Origin: Candidatus Thalassarchaeaceae archaeon
GTDB lineage: Archaea; Thermoplasmatota; Poseidoniia; Poseidoniales; Thalassarchaeaceae
Direction of reading: 5' to 3'
Assembly (NCBI GenBank): GCA_963694325.1
Contig: CAVOCV010000003.1
Location: 1-36,167 of the forward strand
Length of the DNA stretch: 36,167 nucleotides
The notes below the pieces were generated by a model. It saw nothing but the letters and a program-made list of their open reading frames with translations, did no database searches and was not told the DNA's origin. The position numbers were made by a program, and so were the translations under genes. The first letter of the stretch is position 1; each line of letters begins with the position of its first letter. Shown piece by piece: positions 1-8,659 of the stretch.

Positions 1-921
1 GATCAGGTCGAGACCGGATAGCATGATCGGTGGCACATTCATCGGTGAACTGGTCAATCGGGTGACCGTTTCAGCCGCGGTATTGGAGTGAAGGCTTCCA
101 CAGGAACCGTCGTGGCCGGTGTTCATTGCGGTGAGCAAGGTGCTGGCCTCCGGTCCACGAACCTCACCGACGATGATGCGATCGGGGCGCATGCGAAGGC
201 TCGATTTCAAGCAATCATCCATGGTGACAGCGCGGGTGCCGTCCGGGCGTTCCTGTCGCGTCTCCATTCGCAGCCAGTGATCGTGGTAGACCTGTAGTTC
301 AGCCGTGTCCTCGACGGTGAGCAGTCGCTTGTCCCACGGGATGAACATACCGAGACAATTCAGGGTCGTCGTCTTTCCAGAACCTGTGCCACCGGCGATG
401 ACGAAATTGGCGGGTCGGGCATCGAGGCCCTCGACCCAGACCCACATCATGGCGGCGAGCCGAGTGTTGATCGTGCCCCATTGGATGAGGTCGATGATGG
501 TGATCGGATCCTCTCGGAATTTGCGGATGGTCAATGTCGGTCCATCCGGAGAGACAGGCGGCAGGGTACCATTGACACGGGATCCGTCGGGGAGGCGTCC
601 ATCGAATAGCGGCACGAGGCCGGGCCCGTCCCCGAGCGGGACATTGGTCAGCGCGGCGATGTTTTTCGCCACCTGGATACCCGAAGCATCGTCGACCCAG
701 ATGTTGGTGCGGCACATGTCGAAGTCGCGGTGGGCGACCTTGACGCACTGTGCGCCACCGTTGTACATCACCTCCTCGAGTTGATCGTCCTCCAGCAAGA
801 CGGCGAGGGCGTCGTAGGGATTCTCTTCGACCTGACCTTCGTAATGGTACATCGGGCTTGGGTGACCCGCCTCCATGTAGATTGTCACAGGTCCATATTG
901 CGCGAGTACTGATTCTGACAT
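1..921 (-). CDS. CpaF/TadA/VirB11-family type II/IV secretion ATPase (3' end outside the window)
   Basis: Not in the ORF track because no stop codon lies in the window. Manual translation from ATG 921 (GGTGA SD upstream): MSESVLAQYGPVTIY..., Walker A FVIAGGTGSGKTTTLN, SLRMRPDRIIVGEVRGPEA, His box AMNTGHDGSCGSLHSN. Confidence 0.93.
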   Translation of the reverse strand, partial: MSESVLAQYGPVTIYMEAGHPSPMYHYEGQVEENPYDALAVLLEDDQLEEVMYNGGAQCVKVAHRDFDMCRTNIWVDDASGIQVAKNIAALTNVPLGDGPGLVPLFDGRLPDGSRVNGTLPPVSPDGPTLTIRKFREDPITIIDLIQWGTINTRLAAMMWVWVEGLDARPANFVIAGGTGSGKTTTLNCLGMFIPWDKRLLTVEDTAELQVYHDHWLRMETRQERPDGTRAVTMDDCLKSSLRMRPDRIIVGEVRGPEASTLLTAMNTGHDGSCGSLHSNTAAETVTRLTSSPMNVPPIMLSGLDLI

Positions 922-930
922 TCCTTCACC

Positions 931-1677
931 TCAACCCATCGTCGCTTGGATCGCATCGAACAGACCGATGTAGACACCTGCTGCGAGGACAGCCCAAAAA
1001 GGGACCCACCACAACGCCTGTTTTGTCCGCCCGAGCATGCGACCCGAAATGACGACACTGAGAGCGGCCGCAGCCATGAGATAGGGCACCATCACACCGT
1101 GGATGTGGCCCCAGTAAGCCCCGGTTGCTGCGAGGCCGAAAACGGCGAACATGAATCCCATGACGCCGGGGAGAAGGAGGGTCATCAAGAGCATGAGGAG
1201 GACGGATTGGCCCATCATCTCAGTCTCTCGCATGTTGATCAGCTTGTTGAGTCGGTCGTATTCAACCGACATCGAATTGGTCACCTCACCCAGAGGTGCA
1301 TCCTGTTCAATCGCCGTGACGAGCAGATTGATGACGCGCTGAATCAGCGGGCTACGGCTGTTGATGGCATACTCGGACAAAGCGGCATCGAATGACGTTG
1401 CACGGCTGCGATGAATCGCTTCGGTCAGCAACTTCCCAGTCAGATCGGTTCGAGTCTGAGAGATTGACGTCAGGGCCTGTTGCAGGCCGAGTCCAGCACC
1501 GATGCTAGAGGAGATCGATTCGAGCACTTCGGGGAGGGCTTCCTCCAGTTCTCGGCGGCGCAGCCGTTCGAGCAGACCGGGCAATGCACCGGCCATGCAC
1601 GGGAGGGTCAATGGCACGACCAGAATGAGGAAAGCGCTGTAATTGAACAGGTCGTACAAACTCCACAACAATTGCAT
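931..1677 (-). CDS. Type II secretion system F (TadB/TadC-like) membrane platform protein
   Basis: ELEEALPEVLESISSSIGAGLGLQQAL motif, N- and C-terminal TM segments. Start set at ATG 1677 (MQLLWS), which overlaps the upstream TGA. Confidence 0.88.
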   Translation of the reverse strand: MQLLWSLYDLFNYSAFLILVVPLTLPCMAGALPGLLERLRRRELEEALPEVLESISSSIGAGLGLQQALTSISQTRTDLTGKLLTEAIHRSRATSFDAALSEYAINSRSPLIQRVINLLVTAIEQDAPLGEVTNSMSVEYDRLNKLINMRETEMMGQSVLLMLLMTLLLPGVMGFMFAVFGLAATGAYWGHIHGVMVPYLMAAAALSVVISGRMLGRTKQALWWVPFWAVLAAGVYIGLFDAIQATMG

Positions 1678-2258
1678 CAGATCACCCCTGGATCGCTGGA
1701 ATGGGCCTTGTAACCGAGTAGCCCGAGCAGAATGGCGGTGAAGAGGAGGACCGGTCCGAAGCAACTCGCGAGGGTGGCGATGGTGCCCGATGTATCGAGG
1801 AAGGCCATCATGTCGGGCGCGATGACCGGAAGCATTGCGATGATGCCGAAGATGATCGGTGAGAGAATACCGATGGTCAACAGTAGGGTAGGCAAACTCT
1901 CGAGTGACGTGATGTAGGACTTGAGTTTGTCATTGCGCTCCTCCTCCTCGCGCTCCGCTTGTTGATCGAGGGCACGCACCAAATCGGTGTCGCTAGCGAC
2001 ATTGTTTCGCAGGGTGCTGAGAAATCGCTTGTAGGGACTCGTTGCGGCGTCAATGCCCATGCGAGAGAATTCTTCTTCAAGGCGGGCGCCTTTTTGGAGA
2101 TTGACGAGGCAATTCTTGAAATCGACTGAGATGATTCCATAGCCGCCACGACTGATCATCTGCACGGCGGCCTCGAGGCCGATGCCCGCCCCCATCAGAA
2201 TCATCATGGCTCGCATCGCGTAGAGCAGAGAGGCCGACTCCTCCTGCACACGACCCAA
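1677..2258 (-). CDS. Type II secretion system F (TadC-like) membrane protein, short form
   Basis: AMMILMGAGIGLEAAVQMISRGGYGIISVDF motif, C-terminal TM helices. TTG/GTG start is uncertain. Confidence 0.82.
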   Translation of the reverse strand: MGRVQEESASLLYAMRAMMILMGAGIGLEAAVQMISRGGYGIISVDFKNCLVNLQKGARLEEEFSRMGIDAATSPYKRFLSTLRNNVASDTDLVRALDQQAEREEEERNDKLKSYITSLESLPTLLLTIGILSPIIFGIIAMLPVIAPDMMAFLDTSGTIATLASCFGPVLLFTAILLGLLGYKAHSSDPGVI

Positions 2259-2259
2259 A

Positions 2260-2604
2260 TCAGATCACATCCTCGATCAATTCGAAGGAATAGGCGCCAC
2301 TCTCGCCATCGTAGTGCAGTCGATAGAAAGCGACTTTGATCTCGGTCTCTGTGAACGGGTCGAGCAGATAGGTCTCGCCCGAGCGGAAGATGTCGAGCAC
2401 CTCGCGGTAGCCTTGAATGCCGAGCAGACCTTTCAGGGTGTAGACGGCAGATTCAGCGCCTTCATCGAGCAGGTCATCGCCCTCTCCGCCCCGCTTCACC
2501 TCGCGGGTGATTCGACGGCGAATATCCACACTGATTTTGCAGTCCAAAAACTGCAACCAATCCCCTCCTGAACCCCGAAGGAACACGGTACCTGCTTGAG
2601 CCAT
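2260..2604 (-). CDS. Hypothetical 114-aa beta-rich protein, possible phage-tail (DNA_circ_N/GpU-like) fold
   Basis: ATG start; stop lies 1 nt from the next gene. Pattern RRIT..., LLDEG...YTLKG, GETYLLDP, YSFELIE. Confidence 0.6.
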   Translation of the reverse strand: MAQAGTVFLRGSGGDWLQFLDCKISVDIRRRITREVKRGGEGDDLLDEGAESAVYTLKGLLGIQGYREVLDIFRSGETYLLDPFTETEIKVAFYRLHYDGESGAYSFELIEDVI

Positions 2605-2680
2605 GGCGACGCCTCAAAGGGTCAACTCCAGAGAACGGCCTTGAAGGTAGCGGGCGATTCGGACCTCAGACGCGGTCGTC

Positions 2681-3655
2681 TCAGAGGGGCATGAACCACC
2701 CGAAGCGGGGTTCCATGATCTCACATCGGTCGTCCAAGAGACACTTGATTGCATCCTCAATTTCGGGCTCATCGGTCAGTCCACGGCCACGGCAATGTTC
2801 CATGATCTGGTCGTAGTTGATACCCTCGGAACCGGCTTGCTGCGTGATGATTTCGAGCACGACGCCCTCGACATCACCGACCTCGATGTTGACCGCGGCT
2901 GGCGCGGGAGATTCATCATCGGATTCACCGCTCTCAGCGGCATCAGGGGGTGCCTCTTGCGAGGGCTGGGCCGAGGCCTCGTGCTCCTCAAAGGAGACAA
3001 CTCGGCCTTCCGCCGCCGCTAGGGCCTGCAGGACGCCGACTTTGTAGCCCTCCGGGTCCCACTCGCCGTAGTGATTCAGTGCGAGTCCCAGACCCACGAT
3101 GAGGTCCTCGGGCACACCCGCGGTTCGCAGGGCCTCGGCACCGGAACCCTCGGCCTGCTGGGCCTTGCCGAATGCATCGATGCGGCGCATCGTGTGATCG
3201 GCGGTCTCGACCAGCCAGCGGGCGTAGACATCGCGGTCGACGATGGCGTAATCCTCCATCTGCATGCTGCAGAAGATGCCGCCTTCATCGTTCTCGTAGT
3301 GGCTCGCCTTGCCCACACAGATCATCAGGAAGCGATCGCCGGCATCGAAGCGGGTCAGGATCTCCTCCATGGCCCCGTGCAATTCCGGGCGGAATGAGCC
3401 GACGCTCCACATGTGGAGGCCGGTCGGGTCGCGCACCGCACCGCGGTACATCGTGCCGCGTTCGGTCTCTCGACGCTCCATGCGCTCGATGAGTCCGGCA
3501 ACCATCATCCGATTGATGCGGGCACCCAACTTGGTGACGAGGAAGCGAGGGTCATACTCGCCCTGGCCGCCGTCGGGCAGGTTTGACTCGTAGAACTCAC
3601 GGGCGAAGACGCGGAAGGCCGACTGGCGGCGGTTTCGCTGCTGGCCGGACATCAT
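2681..3655 (-). CDS. Replication protein A small subunit (RPA32-like: OB fold, acidic linker, C-terminal winged helix)
   Basis: AFRVFAREF, LVTKLGARINRMMVAG, VRDPTG are typical of archaeal RPA family proteins; C-terminal EIEDAIKCLLDDRCEIMEPRFG. Start overlaps the stop of the large subunit. Confidence 0.85.
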   Translation of the reverse strand: MMSGQQRNRRQSAFRVFAREFYESNLPDGGQGEYDPRFLVTKLGARINRMMVAGLIERMERRETERGTMYRGAVRDPTGLHMWSVGSFRPELHGAMEEILTRFDAGDRFLMICVGKASHYENDEGGIFCSMQMEDYAIVDRDVYARWLVETADHTMRRIDAFGKAQQAEGSGAEALRTAGVPEDLIVGLGLALNHYGEWDPEGYKVGVLQALAAAEGRVVSFEEHEASAQPSQEAPPDAAESGESDDESPAPAAVNIEVGDVEGVVLEIITQQAGSEGINYDQIMEHCRGRGLTDEPEIEDAIKCLLDDRCEIMEPRFGWFMPL

Positions 3656-5349
3656 TCTCTCACCCCCCATCGCTCGCGAACCACTTCAGCTGCTTCGGCC
3701 GCATCCTCCTGGGCTGCGGTGAAGGTATTGGCCATGATCAGCGCACCTTGGCCATCGATGATGGCACGGCCTGTGAAGCTGTGACGTCGACCGATGAGTC
3801 GGTTGCGCAGGTCGGCGAGGAAGGCCTCGCCGCCGTCGGGGGAAGTCGTCTCCTTCACCGCTGCCATGTCCATCTCAAGGAAGGCCTCGGCCGTGTCTCG
3901 GCCGAGGATGAGTGCACCGTTCTGGATGCCATCATCGAGGATGATGCGCAAGCGCAGATCCTCGACACCCGCCTGCGGACCGTGGTCGCGGCAGGCGCCA
4001 TCGCGCATCGCCTTCTTGCAGTCCGGGCAGCGGTGGATGATGCCCGAGCCACTGGCGACCGAAATCACGGTCGCGACACTCGAAATCGCATTGCGGGAGG
4101 TGCCGGACAGCAGTTCACTGAAGTCGACCTCGACGGAATGGGTGCTCGCGTCGATGGCCTCCCAGGGGATCTCGTCCAAGATCTCGACCTGTTCGCCATT
4201 GTCGACGGTCAGGTCGGGGCTGCCCTGCCAAGCGCGCACGCGCGCATTGGTCAGTTTCACGGCGAGCGGCAGCGAGCCCTCGTCGATCGGCAATTCAGAC
4301 CAGGCGGAGAGGCGGCAGGAACCGGTGGGATCGACAACATCGCCGCTCCAGACGGTTTTCTCGACCCCGTCCTGACCGGTGAAGGTGCGGCTTCCCCATG
4401 TCGTCAGTTGAACGACGATCTGGATGTCGCGCGCACCATCGCGCAGACCCTCGATGGCCACCTCCGATGCGGATTCGAGATCCTGCATCGAGGCGAAGCC
4501 GGTGTCGTGGTAGATCTCGACCTTGGTGCGGTCACCAATCGAGAGTTCGGGATTGTCCCGCCAGCGGCGGATGTTGACGCCCTCGATCTTGAGCAGGGTA
4601 CCGACGGCGTGTTCAAAGTCACCCCAGCAGGTGAAGCCGATGGAGCCGGTGTCGTCGGCGATGCGGCCCTTGACCACGTCCATGGTCGAGCCGTCCTTCT
4701 TGTTGATCGTCTGCGGTCGGTTGGCGATGACGCGGCCGACCACGGTGGCGAATCCGTCCATTCCGAGGACGCGTTGGATCGAGACGGGCTCAGAGGGTGC
4801 GACGACCACGGCGCGGTCTCCCGCGCGCAGCACAGCCACCCGGCTGCCCTGATTGATGTTGAGAGAGCGCTTGCCATTCCACTCGTTGACCGAGACGCCT
4901 TCGAGGCGTACGATTGAGCCGGGGGCGAGGGATTCGGCATTCTGACCCCAGTCCTTGAAGTCCCAGCGGGTCCGTTCTCCACCCTCTTCCCAGGGATTGT
5001 CCTCGATCCACCCGAAGGCGATCTGCTTCTCCTCGCCGCGCACCATCTGCATGCGCGGAGTGTAGGTGACGACCGATACCTCGATCGTGACATTGCCGTC
5101 CTCGCTGCCCAGTTCGCCGAAGCGGCCGACAGATTTCTCTGAGGGGCGGCTCTTGGCGGCCGGGGCCGTCACCTCGATGCCAGCATCGGTCTGGAACTTC
5201 TTGAGCACGCTGCGAAGGGCTTCCTTCGGCGGGATCAGGAATTCATTCTGGTATCGCGCGAACTCTTCGGAGATCGCGGTCTCATCTGCATCCGGCACGG
5301 CTTCTTTGACCGCACGGATCTCTGTCTCATACTCACTTGGTTCTGTCAT
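3652..5349 (-). CDS. Replication protein A large subunit (multiple OB folds plus Zn finger)
   Basis: Repeated OB motifs GRIADDTGSIGFTCW and GDVVDPTGSCRLSAW; Zn finger RCPDCKK...ACRDHG; DLRLRIILDDG. Confidence 0.9.
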   Translation of the reverse strand: MTEPSEYETEIRAVKEAVPDADETAISEEFARYQNEFLIPPKEALRSVLKKFQTDAGIEVTAPAAKSRPSEKSVGRFGELGSEDGNVTIEVSVVTYTPRMQMVRGEEKQIAFGWIEDNPWEEGGERTRWDFKDWGQNAESLAPGSIVRLEGVSVNEWNGKRSLNINQGSRVAVLRAGDRAVVVAPSEPVSIQRVLGMDGFATVVGRVIANRPQTINKKDGSTMDVVKGRIADDTGSIGFTCWGDFEHAVGTLLKIEGVNIRRWRDNPELSIGDRTKVEIYHDTGFASMQDLESASEVAIEGLRDGARDIQIVVQLTTWGSRTFTGQDGVEKTVWSGDVVDPTGSCRLSAWSELPIDEGSLPLAVKLTNARVRAWQGSPDLTVDNGEQVEILDEIPWEAIDASTHSVEVDFSELLSGTSRNAISSVATVISVASGSGIIHRCPDCKKAMRDGACRDHGPQAGVEDLRLRIILDDGIQNGALILGRDTAEAFLEMDMAAVKETTSPDGGEAFLADLRNRLIGRRHSFTGRAIIDGQGALIMANTFTAAQEDAAEAAEVVRERWGVRE

Positions 5350-5590
5350 TCGAGCAACTCCTACGAGGGGTCAGAAGACCGCGTACGCACGAGCTCGTCC
5401 CGCCACGGCTGCAACGGTGCAAGCCAGGCGGAAGACGATGGTCGGTCGTGCAGATTGGGGAAAACGCGGCACTCCATCACCTCCGGGAACTTCGAGGCTA
5501 ACACGGCGGTTCTTGAACTCTTGGACAATCAACATTGATTCGATGATGGGCGAGGCAGACATTGTTACACATAGGGGGTCTGGGAAGAAT

Positions 5591-6667
5591 GTGAGCGAAG
5601 AGGAATCCTATCAATTCGGAACGGCGAGCATCGCCCCGGGAGAGCGCTTGGAAACCTCGCTCGACCTCGGTGAAGGGCCGGCAGGAAATCCTCGCGGTAT
5701 TCCAGTCTATATCATGAACGGCGCAAAACCAGGCCCCGTTCTCGCACTCACTGCAGCCACCCATGGGGACGAGTTGAACGGGGTCTCGGTGATTCACCAT
5801 CTCATCCACGGCGACGACCACATCGCGGGCACGGCCGATGACCGCATTGACCTCGCCGAAATGGCGGGCACGCTGATCTGCGTCCCCGTGGTCAACATCG
5901 ACGGGATGCTCTTGTCCCAACGGGAGGCACCCGACAACCGGGACATCAACCGGAAATTCCCAGGCAAGCCCGGGGGGAATCAGTCCCAGCGCATCGCCCA
6001 TGCACTCTTCGAAGGCGTTGTCAAGCACGCAGACCATCTCATCGATCTGCACTCCGCGCCACGCGCCCGGACGAATCTCGCCCACATCCGCGCCGACTTC
6101 GACAAGCCCGAATGCATGGGGCTGGCTCGGGCCTTCGGCACCCGGATCATCCTGCACTCCGAAGGGCCCAGCGGCAGCCTGCGAAGGGAAGCGACAGCCA
6201 TCGGGACACCGACCATCCTGCTGGAGGCCGGCACCGCCCACCGCTTCGAACTCGACGCCGTTCACGCCGGCATCGAAGGCGTGCTCAACGTCATGGCCCA
6301 TCTCAACATGATCGAACGCGAGGTCCGACTGCCGGCGGTTCGCATGCTCGTTCGCCGGTCCAAATGGGCCCGCGCCGAGACCGGCGGCCTGCTCCACAGC
6401 CTGGTCAAACCGGGTGACCACGTGAAGAAAGGCGACATCCTCGCCCACATCACAGACCCCTTCGGTGCCACAGAACAGACGATCGTCTCACCGAGAACCG
6501 GCATCATCGTCGGCCTCGCTATGGACCCGCTGGTGCGCGCCGGCGACCCCGTCGCCAACATCGTCCTGTGCTCGAAATCCCGATGGGAACGCGCACAGTC
6601 CAAGCCCGACCCACTCGACCCCGAGGAAGAGGAAATCGAAGACGAGGATGCGCTGGACGAGTCCTGA
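5591..6667 (+). CDS. Succinylglutamate desuccinylase/aspartoacylase (M14) family protein
   Basis: THGDELNG, DINRKFPG, IDLHS, LLEAG and a C-terminal barrel-sandwich hybrid domain. Start is GTG 5591 or ATG 5543/5546. Confidence 0.88.
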   Translation: MSEEESYQFGTASIAPGERLETSLDLGEGPAGNPRGIPVYIMNGAKPGPVLALTAATHGDELNGVSVIHHLIHGDDHIAGTADDRIDLAEMAGTLICVPVVNIDGMLLSQREAPDNRDINRKFPGKPGGNQSQRIAHALFEGVVKHADHLIDLHSAPRARTNLAHIRADFDKPECMGLARAFGTRIILHSEGPSGSLRREATAIGTPTILLEAGTAHRFELDAVHAGIEGVLNVMAHLNMIEREVRLPAVRMLVRRSKWARAETGGLLHSLVKPGDHVKKGDILAHITDPFGATEQTIVSPRTGIIVGLAMDPLVRAGDPVANIVLCSKSRWERAQSKPDPLDPEEEEIEDEDALDES

Positions 6668-6741
6668 GCCAACAACAATCGCCTCTGCACCCCTTGGGGT
6701 GCACCATACGCTCATGAACCAGAGCAAGTCCCTCGCGAAAG

Positions 6742-7731
6742 ATGTCCACCGAGGAGGTGAGTTCGACCGGCTCGGGATGGTGGCGTGAATGGATGGGCGA
6801 TCAGAATCTATCGCTGCTGTTCTCACTGCTCTCGATCGGCATCGTCATCTACGTCCTCGAAGCCGACCTCGTCAACCAGAATCCTGCCCTCTTTTGGGTC
6901 CTTGTGATCGTCGACCTTCTCCTCGTCGGATGGTTCATAGCCGAGCATGCAAGGAGGCTCTCACTCACTGAAGATCGCAAGGCGTGGTGGCGCACCGAGG
7001 GCTGGGAACTCATCGGCCTGACCCCGGTGATCATCGCCGCCTTACCACCGATTCAATTCATCGTACTCCTCCGGCTCGTCCACCTGACCCGTGTCTATTC
7101 CTCAGCCACGAACCTCCTCGGGCTGCATGAAACCAGCGAATACTCACCCATCCACAAGCAGATCCAGCACCTCGCCTTCGTCGTCACCTCATTGGTCGGC
7201 GCTGGCGGCTTCATGGCCTACATTTTCGAGAAGCCGGCGCATGCGGAGTGCGCGGCCCAATTGGGTTGTAACCCATCCAACATCATCCACACGATTCCAG
7301 AAGCGATGTGGTGGGCAGCCACCACGGCGACGACGGTTGGCTACGGAGACTTCTATCCGGTCACGACGGGGGGCCGTGTTGTCTCGGTACTGCTGATGGT
7401 GCTCGGTGTCGGTGTTTTCGGCCTACTCGCTGCGACGCTCTCCCAATTATTGTGGGCCAGAGGTCGGAGCAACGGTGCAACACAAGGACCCGAAATCGAC
7501 TCGCAGGAAGTCATCAGCCGACTCGAAAGGCTGGCCGATATGCGTCGAGATGGCTGGCTCACAGCGACTGAATTCCACGATGCAAAAGCGAGCGTCCTGA
7601 CCAGCAGGATGCCCGGCGGCATCCGCGCCGCAGACATCGAATCGCGTGCCCCGATTCCAAAAGACGAGCGCAAAGAACGCCGCGCGGCCGCCCGCGCGGG
7701 CTTCACCCCCCTCGACGGTGATGATGAATAG
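6742..7731 (+). CDS. 6-TM potassium channel with C-terminal SHOCT-like domain
   Basis: Pore AMWWAATTATTVGYGDFYP, S4-like LLRLVHLTRV, SHOCT pattern LERLADMRRDGWLTATEFHDAKASVL. Confidence 0.9.
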   Translation: MSTEEVSSTGSGWWREWMGDQNLSLLFSLLSIGIVIYVLEADLVNQNPALFWVLVIVDLLLVGWFIAEHARRLSLTEDRKAWWRTEGWELIGLTPVIIAALPPIQFIVLLRLVHLTRVYSSATNLLGLHETSEYSPIHKQIQHLAFVVTSLVGAGGFMAYIFEKPAHAECAAQLGCNPSNIIHTIPEAMWWAATTATTVGYGDFYPVTTGGRVVSVLLMVLGVGVFGLLAATLSQLLWARGRSNGATQGPEIDSQEVISRLERLADMRRDGWLTATEFHDAKASVLTSRMPGGIRAADIESRAPIPKDERKERRAAARAGFTPLDGDDE

Positions 7732-7751
7732 AGACGGCGACATCCCACGCC

Positions 7752-8291
7752 ATGGACGAGGTCGTCTTCGGTGTGCTCACCGCATCTGACCGTGCCTCTA
7801 GCGGCGAATACGAGGACCGCAGCGGTCCAGCGATCTCCGAGTTCCTTTCGACAGCAGTGATGAATCCATTTACTGTCGACCGAAGGCTGATTCCCGATGA
7901 GCAACACGAAATCGAAGCGGCACTGATCTCCATGGTCGAGGCGGGTTGTGCAGTCATCATCACCACCGGCGGCACGGGACCGGCCCCCAGAGACGTCACG
8001 CCCGAGGCGACCGAGGCGGTCTGCGACAAGATGCTCCCGGGCTTTGGCGAGCAGATGCGCGCCATCTCCCTGCGCCACGTCCCCACAGCTGTCCTGTCCC
8101 GACAGACGGCTGGCATCCGCGGCAGCACCCTCATCCTCAATCTCCCCGGCTCGCCGCGGTCCATCCGCGAAACCATCGATGAGATCTGGCCCGCCGTCCC
8201 CTATTGCGTCGACCTTGTCGCCGGGCCTTACATCGAAACCACAGAAGGACCGTGGGCGGCCTGGCGGCCGCCGCACGCAAGGCGCGATTAA
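7752..8291 (+). CDS. mog: Molybdopterin adenylyltransferase
   Basis: LTASDRASSGEYEDRSG, TTGGTGPAPRDVTPEAT, LSRQTAGIRG, NLPGSP. Confidence 0.93.
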   Translation: MDEVVFGVLTASDRASSGEYEDRSGPAISEFLSTAVMNPFTVDRRLIPDEQHEIEAALISMVEAGCAVIITTGGTGPAPRDVTPEATEAVCDKMLPGFGEQMRAISLRHVPTAVLSRQTAGIRGSTLILNLPGSPRSIRETIDEIWPAVPYCVDLVAGPYIETTEGPWAAWRPPHARRD

Positions 8292-8294
8292 TCG

Positions 8295-8579
8295 CTACTT
8301 CTTCGGATTGTAGACAGTGAGAACCGAATTCCCTTTGGATGAGGAACAGAACACATCGTCGAGCCCATCGGAGTGACCTTCACCCAGATTCTTCGCATTG
8401 CCCATGATCATCTGCCCGACCTGCTGAAGGTAGGTCCCGGGTTGGATTGTGGCACCATATCGATGCTGATTTTTAACACACCATATCTGCAGGTCTGAAC
8501 GCGTGGTCTGTCCACCGGGGCCAATTCCAGACGTGGACAAATAGGCAAGAATGACATGCCGCGCACCATTTTTCGTCAT
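8295..8579 (-). CDS. Hypothetical 94-aa protein
   Basis: Fills the mog-rph gap exactly; ATG start with TTAATT about 29 nt upstream. No family recognised. Confidence 0.5.
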   Translation of the reverse strand: MTKNGARHVILAYLSTSGIGPGGQTTRSDLQIWCVKNQHRYGATIQPGTYLQQVGQMIMGNAKNLGEGHSDGLDDVFCSSSKGNSVLTVYNPKK

Positions 8580-8659
8580 GAGTGGGCATCTACTTGATGC
8601 TAATTAAGGCTCCGATTCGCCGCCGCACGGTTCAAGGATGAGACCCGGGTCGCCCGCTC

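Noticed and set aside
3583-4917. Long antisense ORFs (e.g. 3583-4917 +, 13045-14313 +, 22415-23998 -, 9921-10973 +, 5498-6448 -)
   Set aside because: These are shadow frames of well-supported genes, expected in high-GC DNA, with no recognisable motifs.
5440-5485. GGTGATGGAGTGCCGC on the minus strand resembles the 5' end of a fluoride riboswitch
   Set aside because: The P1 pairing and the downstream (C)TGATGACTCC pseudoknot partner are missing, and the downstream gene is unrelated. It is better explained as an SD sequence.
5066-5590. N-terminal extensions in the ORF track (5066, 16444, 21485, 27875, 27742, 1764 and others)
   Set aside because: They overlap neighbouring genes or promoters. 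Downstream starts fit the homology, SD sites and promoter spacing better.
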